From: Bilabrum cf. latius | Taxonomy: Eukaryota | NCBI GenBank assembly: GCA_965178125.1 | Contig: OZ237761.1 | Location: forward strand, 558,001 to 622,000 | Direction: 5' to 3' | DNA: 64,000 bases | Part shown: piece after piece, positions 42,205 through 54,990 of the stretch | How positions within the stretch are numbered: the first letter of the stretch is position 1 | Layout: every line of letters begins with the position of its first letter | Program-made: the position numbers and the translations under genes | Notes under the pieces: model-generated | Seen by the model: the letters and a program-made list of their open reading frames with translations, nothing else | Database searches by the model: none | Told to the model about the DNA's origin: nothing

Positions 42205-45200
42205 ATGCTAACTTCCGATCAGCTACGATATGGGCTAGCAGGAATGGCCGGAACAATTGCAGTAGGCACTATCGTCCAGCTAGTGCGCGGTATGCAGGCC
42301 AAAAATGCGAAGCAAGCGGGGCGCGTCATCGGTGAGGGCGAAACTCGTCTTCAGTCGAGCAAGGCCCGCTACCACGACGTATTTGCAGATGGATCGTCCG
42401 CTATCGAGGTAACCAGAAAATACATGTAAGTGCGTTGGAAGAGCTGTGACTGTTTCGTGGACTGGCTAAGATTTTGTCGAATCCATGGGCCTCGGCGCCA
42501 GCCCCCTGTGCTGTGGTGACGGCTACGAACCACTCGTGTCAAATTGTCAAAAGCCGGGCTACAGCGCCACCGTACTCTGTGTAATTATGCTGTTGTACTA
42601 TCGTGATAGTAGTGCTGCTACAGTTGCCGTGCAACTCTCCGTTCCATCGAATCTGCTACACCTCCGTGACCTCTCGCAGCGACCAGAGCTTGCCAAGCAC
42701 CATCGAAGTAGCCCGATCTGGGACTCAGCCCGACCAAGCTAGGCCACTTGTGGTCATTAGAGGAGCCGGAAGCGACGGTGCCGCGCTCCTAGGCCCGCTC
42801 GCATCCAAGGCCGCGCTCGATGCGGCAACCTCCCGCGGCGTGGCGGGGCACGTCGAGGGCGTGCTGTCCGCTGGAGGCCGGGTCCTTCTCGCGGGCGGAG
42901 CGGCCGCCGCGGGCGCCCTCGCCGATGGAATCGAGCTCGCCGGCAAACCACTGGAGGCGAGCAGCATTGCGGCCGTTCTCGGAGCAGGTGCTCCGCGGCC
43001 CGCGCAGGGCCTCGCTTGGGTCCCCGACGCTGCCGCCGCCGTGGCCCTCGCCCGGCGGCTGGACCTGGCCGGTTCCGCAATGCGCGGCGTCCGTGTGGCA
43101 CTCGCCGAGACCGTGGAGGAAGCGCGCCTGGCTCTGCCTGGCGTGGGTGCCGCCGCCGCCGCCGCCAGAGGGGCCGCCGCGGGGTCGGTGCTGTTCGTCC
43201 GGGACGGAGCAGGATCCGTGGTGCTTCCTCTCGAGGGAGCCGGCGAGCCGGACGTGGAAGGCGGAGGTGCGGTGGAGTACAGCGGCCACAAGCGGGCGGG
43301 AGTGGTGGTCGTTGTCCCCGCCGTGGGGACGCTCGCCCTCGCGGGGGCAGCGGACGCGCTGGCCGCCTCCAGGGAACTGCGCGTGGGCGTGCTGCGCCTG
43401 CGTGCAGTGCACCCGTTCCCGGCCGACGAGGTCGCAGCAGCCCTCCGCGGGCTGGGCACCAAACCGGAACTGCTCGTGTCCCTGCAGGACTGGACCTCGG
43501 CGGTCCCCACAGGACTAGGGGGCGATGGCGCCGGCCTCGTGTTTGGCCACCAGGATCGAGACGGGGCAGGCGCGGCGGAAGAAGGCGATGAAGACGAGGA
43601 CGAGGACGGGCAGGACGGCAGCAGCGGGGGCATCGAGGACGAGTCCAAGGCCGAGGGCAAGACCGGCGGCGGCGGCGAAGACGAAGAGCATCACGGCGCG
43701 GCTGGCGGTGTGACGAGTGCGAGCGCCGTGTCTCTCGCCAAGGATGAGGACGCTGCGGGACGCGTTGAGGCCGCGTCCGCGCTGGCCTGGCTGCGCGGCG
43801 CCGTGCAGGCCGCGGCCGGTTCCGCTCACGCCGTGTCGGCCGTGGCGCTCCCCGCCCGGGAGTGGGGCCGGGCGCGGGGGCTCCGTCGGCTGCTGGGTGT
43901 GGCATCGAGCAAGCTCACCGATGGTAGCAGCGGGGGGGGCTCCACTGGAGCGGCTGCCGACGTGCAGGCGGTCGCGGGCGAGGTGGTGGCAAGCCGGGGG
44001 ATCGAGGTCGTGAGGCTGCTCGCGGCGCCTGGTTCCGCAGAGCGCGGCGCCGAGGTAGCCGTGGGCGTTGCAACGAGCGGCTCCGCACTCGCGTTTGAGG
44101 CGGGCCTGGCTCCGTGGGCGAGCAACGCTGGCGTGCACCTGCAGTGGCGGGCGCTGGCAACGCGCACCGTTGGTGCGAAGACCCGCCCTCTGTCTGCCTC
44201 GGCTGCGGCCTTCCTGCTGCTGCTGGCCCCCCCCACGGAGATCCTGCTGGTGGACGACCTAGAGGTGGCGGGTTCCGCTGATCTAGGCGCCGCGCTTGGT
44301 TCCGCAGAGGGCGCCGCGCGGCTCCGGATCGTCGATGAGAGGGCCGCCAAGCGCGTGGTGGAGGCGAGGCGCTCCGTGGCTCTGGCCAACGGGGGCACCG
44401 GCGAGGACGGCGGCGATGCGGGAGGGGAAGAAGGGGGGCCGGAAGGAGGTGCTGCTGGTAGTGCTCTCGAGTCGTTGTTGTCCAGAGAGGACGCGGCCTG
44501 CCTGGCAGTCACCGAGGGAGTCGGGCAGAAGGCGCTGGCCCTCTACGCTGCGACCACCCCTCGCATGTCCGTTGAGTTCTCGGGCGGAAGCACAGCCCCC
44601 CTCGGTGCATTGTTGTCTCTAGGAGGCCCTCAGGACGTGCTGGCAGGAGCGGGCCGCGCCAGGACGCTGGTACTAGACGCGGAGGAAGCCGCGGAGGAGG
44701 CGGCCAAGGCGAAGAAGGAGGCCGAGGAGGCCGGCCCCGAGGCGCTGGACGGCTCGGTTCTGGTCCAGAGGGCGCTGCAGAAGGGCGGGCTGGGCGCTTC
44801 ACCGGTCCGCATGAGCAGCGGGCTGTCGGTGGCGTCGGGTGGGACTTCCTCGGTCCCTCCCCTGGCCGATTTCGCGCCCAAGATCGCGGTCAGCGCGCAT
44901 GCCGTGCTCGGACTCAAAGCCGCGGGCCTGGCCGCGGTCGTGGACCCCGAGGCAAAGGCACTGCACGACGGTGCGCTGGGCGTGCTGGGCAGCAGCTCGG
45001 GGATCGAGAGGGACACGGGCTCGAGAGTTTGGGCCGAGGGGGAGCTGGAGGAGATGCTGGCGGAGGGGGGACCAGGGGAGGGCAAGTCCTCGGCAGGGGG
45101 CAGCAGCGGCTCGACGGGGTCGCCGGCCGCCGGGGCGGGGGCGGGGGCGGCTGCGGGTCGGTCGGTGGCTGGCTCTGTCGCGAGCACGGCTCGTCTCTCC

Positions 45201-46883
45201 CGCTCCCTGCGCCTTGTTCCCCTGAGCCAGGGCATCATCTTGCACTCCGCCGCTGCGGCCGATGCGCTTGAGGGCCTAATCCCTACGAGCGCGGTGGCGG
45301 CGGCGTGGGCGGTGGCCGCCGCGGCGTCTGCGTCCAGTGGCCTGGCTCCGGCTCCCGCGTCTGGAGCGGGCACCGACGCGGCCGGTGACGCAAAGCAGGC
45401 GCCTTCCGCGTCGGTGCTTGCCGCCTGGCCGGCCCCGCGATCCGCGCTGCCTGTCGCCACCCTCGCTCTAGAGGAGCAGGCAGCCAAGGAGGCGGCCGAA
45501 GCAGCTGCAGAGGACGCCGACGGCGAGGGCGTTCCCCTGGGCACCAAACCACCGGCCCCGCCCAGCGTGGAATCGAGCCTCAAGGCGGGCGGGGAGGCGC
45601 CCAGGCACCCCGCCATGCCGCTCTTGTTCCCCGAGTCCTTCGGTTCAACGGTGCGGGCGCGACCCGCCGAGGAGGAGGAGGTGTTCGTGGTCAAGGTGCA
45701 GGCCAAGAAGAGGCTCACGCCGGCCGAGTACCAGCGCAACATCTTCCACATCGAGTTCGACACGCGGGGCACCGGGCTCAAGTATGAGATCGGGGCGGCG
45801 CTGGGCGTGTTTGGCCACAACGACCCCAAGGAGGTGGACACGTTCCTGCGGTGGTACGGCGTGGACGGCTCTAAGGCGGTGACCCTGCCACCGCCTGAGC
45901 TCATGGCAGAGGGCGGCGCGGCTCGCGAGCTGCCCCCCGGGTGCGCAGAGACAACGACAGTGCGGAGGGCCTTCACCCAGGTGCTGGACCTGTTCGGAAA
46001 GCCGGGCAAGGCATTCTATGAGAAGCTCGGTGCGTACGCCACGGACGTGGACGAGCGGGTGAGGCTGTTCTATTACGCCACGCAGGAAGGCAAGGAGGGC
46101 TTCCGCAGGCGGGCGGAGGATGAGAACGTGACCTACGCTGACGTGCTGCAGGAGTTCCCATCGGCCTAGCCCCCGCTGCTCGACCTGCTGACGCTCATCC
46201 CCGCGATCAAGCCGAGGCACTACTCCATTGCATCATCGCAGAGGGTTCATCCAGGCTCCGTGCATCTGCTGGTGGTGCTGGTGGACTGGAAAGACTCGCG
46301 GGGCAGGCCGAGGACGGGTCAGTGCACGAGGTACCTGGAGGGGCTGACCGTGGGGGAACAAGTGGCGGTATCCATCAAGCCGTCCGTGATGCTGCTGCCG
46401 CCCGACCACCGGTCCCCCGTGGTGATGGCGGGCCTGGGCACCGGCATGGCACCATTCCGAGCCTTCATCGAGGAGCGGGCGTGGTTCAAGCAGCAGGGCC
46501 AGGAGGTGGGTCCCATGGTGCTGTACTTTGGGGCGAGGCACAGGCACGAGGAGTACCTGTATGGCGACGAGCTGGACGCGTACCATAAGGAGGGAGTGCT
46601 CACGGGCCTGCGCCTGGCCTTCTCTCGCGACCAGCAGCAGAAGGTGTACATCCAGCACCTGATGATGCAGGACCGGGAGATGCTGGCCGAGCTGCTGCTA
46701 GACGAGGTGGGCAAGCACAGGGGGGGCAGGTTCTATCTGTGCGGGCCCACCTGGCCGGAGGGCCCGGTGCAGGATGCCATCGAGAAGAGTTTCCGGGAAG
46801 CCCGCGGCATGAGCGAGCAGGAGAGCGCGAGCACCGTGCAGCAGCTCAAGGAGGACGAGAGGTACATCCTCGAGGTGTACTGA
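42205..46883 (+). CDS. MET10: Sulfite reductase [NADPH] flavoprotein (alpha) subunit, MET10-like; intron 42426-42679
   Basis: RLTPAEYQRNIFHIEFD, KPRHYSIASS, GLGTGMAPFR, YFGAR, FYLCG, C-terminus YILEVY-TGA. PFOR-like LRAVHPFP region. One TAG at 46167. GTAAGT..CAG intron keeps the frame. Confidence 0.88.
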
Positions 46884-47067
46884 GGCACTTAAGGGAGGTC
46901 GTGGGTTTATGTAGTGTTCTACTCCATTCTTCTTCGCACACGTGGCGATTATCTCTTTCGCAGCGTTTCGGACTTGTTTGGCCAATAAAAGTGAACGCAA
47001 CTTTAGATGCGAAAACCAATTTTTCGCCCGTTGGAGTTGTGCGAAGAATTTGTGCAATCAGTGGACT

Positions 47068-49980
47068 ATGGATCAGCTACCTACTACGTTTAAGCGCTCA
47101 ATAGCACCTCCAAATACTGGATTTGGACGCAGCGATCGGGCGGGCGTGTTTATCGGGCGTGATGATGAGCAAGCTCCGCTTGATTTGATGCGGCAGATGG
47201 AGTAGGAGGAAGCAGCTCGATTTGAACGGAAGAGACAGATGCGCGAAGAAAAACGAGCCACTCGCAGGCGTTCTAAGGCTGCTGTTCCAACCAAGCAAGC
47301 TTCGGATGAGCAAATCCCAGAGCCTCCGAAACGCAGCGCGCCGAGTGCGCCTGCTTGTTCGCAAGAGCTAGCGGATGCGACGTCCACAGCGCTGAAATCA
47401 TGCGCTTGTGCAGAGGAAGACAAGGCAGAAGAATCGCGGCAAGCAGCTGGCGGAAGCCCAGGCCAAACGCCTGGGCCTCTCGGCGCGGACGCTGGAACAC
47501 CACCAGCCGAGAGCAAGGCGCCTGGCTTGGACTACTAGGCATCAGATGCAGCTCATCCTGATTTCAGCGTAGCAGACATGGAGAAACCTACAGAAGAGAC
47601 ATAGCACGATTAGGTTGAGCCCCAGGCCGCCGCCTGCGAGATAAACGAGGAGAGGGGGCCGGCCGAGCCTGAGGAATGTAGCGACGACGCCAGCAGTGCC
47701 AGTGCCGCTGGCAGTGCCAGTGGTGATGCCGATGGCAACCCCGACGGAGCAGAGGAGCACGGCACGGCCCGGCTGCTTCAGTCCACGGAAGAGCGTCTCC
47801 GCATGCAGATCCGCACGGCCTACAACAAGGCAGAGGCCGCCCGCCGCGAGATGATCGCGCTTGAGAGCCAGCACGAGCGGCAGATCCTCACGCTCAAGCG
47901 GCAGCTGCAAGGAGTCAGGCGAAAGTACAACACACTCCGGGCGGCGGCCTCGGACCCCGAGAAAGAAGCCATCCGGAGGATCGAGGAGGCGCAGCGAACC
48001 TTCATGAAGCAGAGGCAGCAGGCAGAGGAGCGCACCGCAAGGGACCTCATGAGGGCCCACGCGGCGGGGGCGGCGGCCGTGGCACAGGCCCGCATGCTCG
48101 CAGCCAAGCGGTGCGCCAAGGTGGCCAAACAGGCGGAGCAGGGCGCGGCGGAGAGCCAGGCAGACGCCGAGGCCCGGCTAGAGGCGGTCCGCGAGGAGTG
48201 GGAAGACATGCTCTCGGCGGCCAAGCGGGCACACGAAGAAGACGCAGCCAAGTGGGAGGACAGGGCACTGCTGCTGCAGGAGCAGCACGACGCGGAGGTG
48301 AAGGCCCTCAGGGAACAACGGGAGGAGGGGGTGAGGCGGGCGCATGAGACCGCCGCCGCCGCGGTAGAAGCCGCCAAGGAACAAGCGAGGGTGGCCAGGG
48401 AGCAGGCCGAGAGGCAGGCCACCGCTGCCGAGGAGCAGGCCAGCGCCAAGGTCAGCGAGGCATCCCTGCAGGCCCAGAGGTAGCTCGAGGCGGCCGAGGC
48501 AAGGGCGGCCGCAGAGGTGGCTAGGGTGGAGCGCCAGTACGCAGAGGCCCAGGCTCAAATGCGGGAGGAGCACAGGCAGGCCATGCAGCAGGCGGCAGAG
48601 GCCAAGCGGGCCTCGGTGTACCGGGCCCGCGACTCGGAGGCGGCTCGCGCCAAGGCCGCCGTGGAGCAGGCCAGGAAAGAGGGGTCCACCAGGCTGCGGG
48701 CGGCCGTGGAGGCCAGGGAACAAGCGGAGCGGGAGCTCGAGGAACAGCTTGAGGAAACGAGGGGCAGGGCACAGCTGGCCGAGCGCGCGCTGGAAGAGGC
48801 CAGGGGGACCTGGCAGCAGGAGAGGAACTCCCTAGAGTCCGGTCTGAAGGACTCGCGGGAGGAAATTGCGAGGATGCAGGCAGAGCTAGACCACGCACGT
48901 GCCGGTTCGGAGGCCTAGAGCCTGCGCGAAAAGGAGCTGCAAGAGAAGATCCAGGGCCTGAGAAGCAGCGTGGAAGCCTTAAAGACGGAGAAATCGAAGC
49001 TCCAGGGAGAGCTAGAGGCTGCGAGCGCAAGTCTACAAGAGGAAAAGGACGCAGGAGCGGCTGCAGACCGCGAGAGAGACGAGTCCGAGGGCGTGCTGCT
49101 GGCCCGCATAGACGCTCTCGAGAAGCAGCTCCAAGAGGCCAACGCTGGAAGGGACATGGAGAGACAGAGGGCGGACGCAGCCGTGGCGGCGGCTGCGGCA
49201 CGAGAAGAAGGTGCCAAGCAGGCCAAGGACGGGCAGAAGCTGGCAGAGCAAGACGCCGGGCACGCGAGGTCTCAGCTGCTGGCGCTGGGCAAGCGCGTGG
49301 AAGTGCTGAGCGGAGTGCTGCAAGAGGCCAAGAGGAGAGGAGAGCTGTCTCGCGCCATGCAGGACCGGGCCTCTGCGGGACTTCTAGAGGCGGAAAAGGA
49401 GGCTGCGCTTGCGGAGGCGAGGCGGCTGGCGGCAGAAGCAGGCGAGCTGGCCGGTCACCGCAATCCTCAGCAGCGGATCAAGTACGTGCAGCAGCTCAAA
49501 CAGGAGAACCATGAGCTAAGGCAGCAGTTGGTGCGACTCAGGGCCAGGACGAAGTCTGCTTCTGCTGCCGGCAAGAAGCGATCCGGGAGTAGGGGTGCTG
49601 CTCCCGCTGGGGCTGGGGCTGGTGTTGGGGGTGGTGCACCATCGGTACACAAGGCAAGTGCGGCTTCCCAGGGTAGCTCCTTCGGTTCTTCCATTGCCGG
49701 GGAGGGTGACAATGGGGGAGTAGATTCAGTTCCGGTGTCTTAGATCGCCGGATCCATCGGGGCTGCTCTTGAGGGGGCCGAGGCGTGCGTGAGGGAGTCG
49801 GGGGCTGCACCAAGTTCCGGGGCCTCTGTCGTGAAGAGGATCCGGTTAAAGGTCAAAGGTGGGGCAAAGAGTGGCGAGGTAATAGGCAAGGGGAAGGTGG
49901 CAGGCCGGGAGTCGGGAGCAAGCAGGGGATTGCGGGCCACGCAAACGAATGTTCGTGGACGTTTCGCGGGACGATCCTGA
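47068..49980 (+). CDS. Long coiled-coil protein with HMMR/KIF15-type C-terminal motif (~970 aa)
   Basis: One frame through several TAGs. LAGHRNPQQRIKYVQQLKQENHEL matches the HMMR_C-type motif. TGA at 49978. Confidence 0.8.
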
Positions 49981-50353
49981 ATCAGATTCTTGATGGAGGT
50001 TTCAACGCGACCTCTTTTTTGTGGCTCTGTCGTCGAACTGTAGCAACAGACACATTTTTTGACTCGGCTGCGCATTTTGTGGCGGACTTCCGGTGCGACC
50101 ACGCGTTGCGACTGACTGCGACGCAGCGAACCGAAGTGCTTGATTCGTCGACGGTTCACCAGCGACTTAATTCTCTTCATTTCGAAGCCTAAATGGATCC
50201 AGCTCCTGCACCCCCTGCGGCTGGCGCTGTCCGCGTTGCAATTGGAGGCACTAACGGATTCCCTGAGTAAGACAAGCGGTCGATGCATCGGTTCGACTGG
50301 CAGCTGCGCTACTTAGGCCTATTTCGGAATGCAGAAGATCGCTAGTCCTGCCG

Positions 50354-51000
50354 ATGCAGCAAAGCCAGAATGCTTCCGCGCAGTCTCCGTTGGATCCTTC
50401 TTTTATTCTCAGAAAGGATGGCATGGTGCTCGTGCACGATGCTATCAGGCGTGACTTTCCCAGATTGATTGCAGCTATAGAGAAAGCCAACCCAGACCAA
50501 GACTGGTAGTTTCGCAACTTGGCCGAATGGTACGTGAAGTACTTCCAAGCTTCCGTTCATTCACACCATGGTTAGCATACTTTATCGCTTTGTGCACTTT
50601 TCATGATGATTGATGCAGGACCCGAGCAATTCACGCGCTGCAGGCTCCCCAACCCACCAACCTTCCCTCGAATCTCGTGCAGCTCGCCACGAAACATACC
50701 CCTCACGCCCCCAACGATCCACAACCAACCCCAAATACGATGTTCCTACTTTGTCTCACAGACGTCGAAGAGGAGGTGTTCTACCCTTGGCTCAGCAAGC
50801 GATGCACAGTCCCTGCGAAGATGACGACCGACCACGGCGACCTTCTCGAGAGGATGGCGAAGATAGAAGAGGGCCTCCTTGCCCTCGTGAAAAAGTCCTG
50901 CGGCGGGACTGCAGCCGACAGCACATCGGCTGCCGACATGCAGGCAGCCCGCCGGGCTGCCATCCCCGTGCTGGCGGGCCAGGTGCGTGACCTTGAGGCC
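50354..51000 (+). pseudogene. Hemerythrin-like (HHE) domain gene, 5' part, interrupted by the viral element; intron 50571-50761
   Basis: MVLVHDAIRRD...VHSHHD/VEEEVFYPW...MTTDH. The frame runs directly into the poly-C end of the AT-rich element. Confidence 0.75.
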
Positions 51001-52050
51001 CCCCCCCGCTACGGTAATAAATAAATTTATTCCCTTCGGTTAAGGATGATTAACATCATCAATAGTTCCAGTCCATCAGAGCTAAAGCTCTTCAGTCCGT
51101 TCCACTCCTTTTGGAGCTAGTCGCTCCAAAAGTCAAGGTGATCCTCTTCATACTGCTACTTCATATAACTGCTTTATCCTTCTAATTATATAAAATCAAT
51201 TATATATAAAACTCTATACGATGACCATATCCATACTTTGGGTATATATTATAGTAAGTTCTAATCAAAACGTGGATGTAGCCCTCTTGTGAAGGTGTTA
51301 TGGGACTCTAGCCATTTTCTAGCCAAAAGTTCCATCACTTTATGGGACTCCATTATTCAACCTTCTAAACTACCTTCATTATACCCCCTTATCCTCGCTT
51401 ATACCTTCACAAATGGAACCAAACGCGTGTATTATGATTGATGGGTAAAATTCTAAGGCTACCCCCTTGAAATGGCATTTAAGGGCTGAAGTAGTAATTT
51501 AAATATTATTTTGAGGGTTATAATAGCATCTAAATATATAAATATGTGTATAATTATAAATATATGGCGTAGAATGATAAAATGAGGTAGTAATTGATAC
51601 TTTCCAAAGTAGGTTCATACTTTCCAAAGTATCTTCATACTTTTTGAAGTATGGCACAAAATCGCAATAGTGGCTTTAATGGACAACTGAAATTGAATAT
51701 GAATATTTAGATTCATCATTTAATATTAAATGTGGCTCTTTAACCGGATGACATTGAATATGAATAATCAAGTTCACATTTGATTTGAACCTGAATATTG
51801 GAATTCACGATTTCTTAGGAAATATGAGGGTCTAACCAACAGGATTTAATATTAAATTTTAAGCCTTTATTAAGGGTGTATATGCTTAGGATATTACTTT
51901 ATATAATAATCAATATAATTTTCACCATCCACAGGCGGTTATTGTGGGTTAATCCATCAACTGAATAACGGTCGGGCACTCCTTTAAGTATTGGGCAAAA
52001 TAAAATGGATTAAAGGCAAAATAATATAAAATAATATAAGATAATATATA
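51001..52050. repeat. Candidate left terminal inverted repeat / non-coding terminus of the element
   Basis: Starts with a C-run and has no obvious gene. Hairpin cttttggagc-N5-gctccaaaag at 51108-51132. Three ~21-bp palindromic units (tactttccaaagta) at 51597-51654. The partner end is outside the window. Confidence 0.5.
51207..51342 (+). repeat. Conserved structured non-coding repeat, copy 1
   Basis: tatacgatg...atatcc...aaaacgtggatgtag...gttccatcacttta, shared with copies 2 and 3. Confidence 0.85.
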
Positions 52051-52055
52051 ATAAT

Positions 52056-52589
52056 ATGACGGTAGATTATAAAAACTCTAAAATATACAAGCTCTATTGT
52101 GTTGAAGACCCTTCTATTTGTTTCATTGGGGGCACAGCTTAGACGCTATTATCCACGGTTAAAGCTCTTCATAAGCAAAGCAAAAAATTAGATACGGTAG
52201 AACGAAAAGGATTACAGACAACTTATGAGATAGAAATCTTAGAAAAGTATCCCTGTGAGTGTATCAATGAACTAAATAAACGAATAGGTTATTGGTAGCA
52301 ATAGTATCCATCTTGTATTAAGAAAAAATAGCCTAAAGTGAGAGATAGACATCAATATTATTTAGACAACAAAGACCATATTAAAAAAATGACTAAGAAA
52401 TACAGAAAAGAAAACAAACAAAAAATGATTGAATACGACAGACAATACCGAAAGGATAACGAAGCCAAAATAAAAGCAAAAACCCAATGTCCTATTTGTG
52501 AGGCTGTTGTTAATAAATACAAGCTTAAGCAACATCAAGCAACGAAACAATGTCAAGCAATTAAAGCAAAATAGACGCCTAGCGACTAA
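52056..52589 (+). CDS. GIY-YIG-like endonuclease (NCLDV-type, degenerate) with C-terminal zinc finger, 177 aa
   Basis: DYKNSKIYKL...CFIGGTA(TAG)TL...IEILEKYPCECINELNKRIGYW, then CPIC...HQATKQC. Five TAG; TAA stop. Confidence 0.75.
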
Positions 52590-52805
52590 ATATAAATATA
52601 TACTGATCCTAACGCCGGATGGGGTTCGGTGTTGATGCCAGAGTGGGAGCGCGTGAACGTCTCGTTGGGTTCCGATGGCGGTTGCGACCGGGAAGGTGCG
52701 ACCAAGCCAACGGATTGCTTGCGATGACGCGCATACCCTCTCTGTGTTCAGGAGAGGGGCGGAGATTGGGTAATTTTTGCCCACCCTCCCAACCCCCTCC
52801 TCCTC

Positions 52806-52886
52806 GGCGGAGTAGTGCACGTGCTCTTCCCAGCCCCGGTCAGTCCGGTCAAGGGTAGCGCACAGGCACAGCTTTGTCAGGTCTTG
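52806..52886 (+). repeat. Direct repeat copy 1 (copy 2 at 55031-55111)
   Basis: ggcggagtagtgcacgtgctc...gtcaggtcttg is identical in both places. Confidence 0.95.
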
Positions 52887-52909
52887 ACCAACCTCCACCT
52901 GCCTCGAGC

Positions 52910-54796
52910 ATGCTCCCCGGTAGACCAGGCACTCGGGACTTCGGCGATCCGACAGTGCTCGCGGAGGCGCTCAGCAGTGCAGCATCACGGTCAACGGGCC
53001 CGGCAGGCCCTCAGCTTCTTCTTCCTCGTGTGTCTCCGGCTTACGACTCCCCCGGCGTGACTCCGGGCACCAGCCGCTAGCTTGACGCGGTCTGGGGCCG
53101 CCTTCCTGGGGATCTCCAACGGGCAGTGTTGCACTCCACGACGCTGCGGGGAACGGCCGACCCAGCGACAATTCTGCATCTACGCCTGTTTGCGCTGTGG
53201 CACAGCATTCCGACTCTGCGCCAGGAAGAGCTGCTGTCGCGCCTCTCCGCCCACGTGGAATTACAATGGTACTTCTCGCACCGACTGGCAGCCTCGATGC
53301 ACTCATCCCCGCCACCGGTCGACGCTACACCCGCTCATCAGCCACCCCGTGAACCTCCTGTGTCATCTTCTGCCTCACCGCAGCCTGCGTCTTCAATTGA
53401 CCCAGTTTCACCGGGCGCAGGCACGGCAGTGGACTCCGCGGCCGTTCGCTCGCAACCAGTGGAGATTTTGTAGCGTGAGGCCTCTGCACCTTCAATCGCT
53501 GCAATTCGAATGCAGAATTGGTTTTCTGATGATTTCTTGGCAACGTTGACCTCGATCTTTCGCCAATCCGCGTTCATGCCGCGGTTTTGCTAGGCTGACG
53601 CGCTTCATTTGGACGCTAGCGGCCGCGATTTCGCTGCAGAACTGGCCCGTGCTCTGTTTGGTCAGGCCGTGACGAGAGCCAAGATTGAATCGGCTATTTT
53701 CTCGTTCACGAGCCGGCTTCATGCAGCTCTGCCGATGAGCAATGCTAGTTTTGGGAAGTTCGATGCGTCCAACTCGGAGTCGTCTGCTGCAGGCGGACGA
53801 GAAAAGTAGGTGCCATCTAGCGAGTTACTATGCACTATTTACTCGGCTATTTCCTTTGCTTTAGGCTGTGTGCTCGTGCGCGCTGCTTGCGTGCATTCGG
53901 CGGCGTCCTTGCCGTCCTGGTTGCCGCAGGGCAGCAGCTCGTGGTCGTGTCCAGCATCACTAGTGCCCGATTGGAAAACCCTGGGGCAGGTTCGCAATGA
54001 TTTTCTTCGTTTGGTTAGTGCTTCCGGGGCATCATCTGCATCGGCGTCCCGACTAGAGGTGGTGTTTGCCGCTGTGTGTGTGATACCACGCGGAAGTTCA
54101 GCCTTTGAGATGCTCTCCTCCCATGCTTGGCGCCATACAGGCGAACGCTGTGACGTTGAGGTTCGTGACCTTGTTGGGAATGAGATTCCTTCGTGCTCTT
54201 CTGGCGACTGCATGCGTCTCCTACAATTGCTGCATCCGTGGGCCACTGAGGCATGCAGATCAGGCGAACCTGGCCTCGTGCGCGGACTGCTACAGGGAGT
54301 CCAGGCTGACATGCAGGCGCCGTCCCGTCGAGCAGCACTGTCCCGTCACTTCGACCCCCGCGGGGGCAGTGGAGGCCGGGGCAGTGGAGGCGGGGGCAGT
54401 GGAGGCTCCAGGCGCAGTGGGGGCGACAGCGACCAGCCCAGTACCGATCGTGGCGGAGGTCGACACCGTCGAGGCCGTGGACGTGGCGGTGCAGGCCAGC
54501 AAGGTGGCCAGCACCAGCGTGCGGACCGGCAGGACGGGGGTTCCACCAGGAAGTCCAAGGAGCCTTCACCTGACCCTCCCCCACGAGGTACGTCACGTCA
54601 GAGCCAGCCCCAACTGCAGGCGCAGACGAAGACTACGCCCGGTAGCTGGCGCTCAGCTGCCCCACGTCAGGGCCAGTCTTCGTGGCGAACACGAAGCCGA
54701 TCGTCAAGGCGCAGGTCGTACGGGCGCTCCGCAGCTTCTGCTCACGAGAAGTTGCAGGAGCGGTGCACGGACATTCCATCCGCATCGCGGCAGTGA
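52910..54796 (+). CDS. Retroelement ORF1 (gag-like by position), ~628 aa
   Basis: Four track ORFs in one frame joined through TAGs at 53078, 53471, ~53591 and 53807. Gly/Arg-rich C-terminal region. Gag assignment rests on position only. Confidence 0.6.
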
Positions 54797-54990
54797 TGTG
54801 TTTGGACCGTGCTGGGGTCGCCTTCGAGGTCATTAGGCGATTCGGCAGATGGAAGTCGGCATCTGCATGCGAGGTGTACTTGCGGGGCGTCAGGGAAGGC
54901 TTGCCTCCTCTGGAGCTCGGCGGCAGGAGCCTCGATTTGAACAGGCCAGTGTGGGTGCTGGCCAGCGCGCTGCGGCTGAACTTGGAGTGA
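54660..54990 (+). pseudogene. Tyrosine recombinase C-terminal remnant
   Basis: GHSIRIAA...IRRFGRWKSASACEVYLR carries the HxxR, GRWxS and catalytic Tyr motifs of DIRS/Ngaro YRs. The N-terminal catalytic Arg region is missing. Confidence 0.8.

Noticed and set aside
51597-51654. CRISPR-like array
   Set aside because: The palindromic units are nearly adjacent with no unique spacers, there are no cas genes, and the context is eukaryotic/viral.
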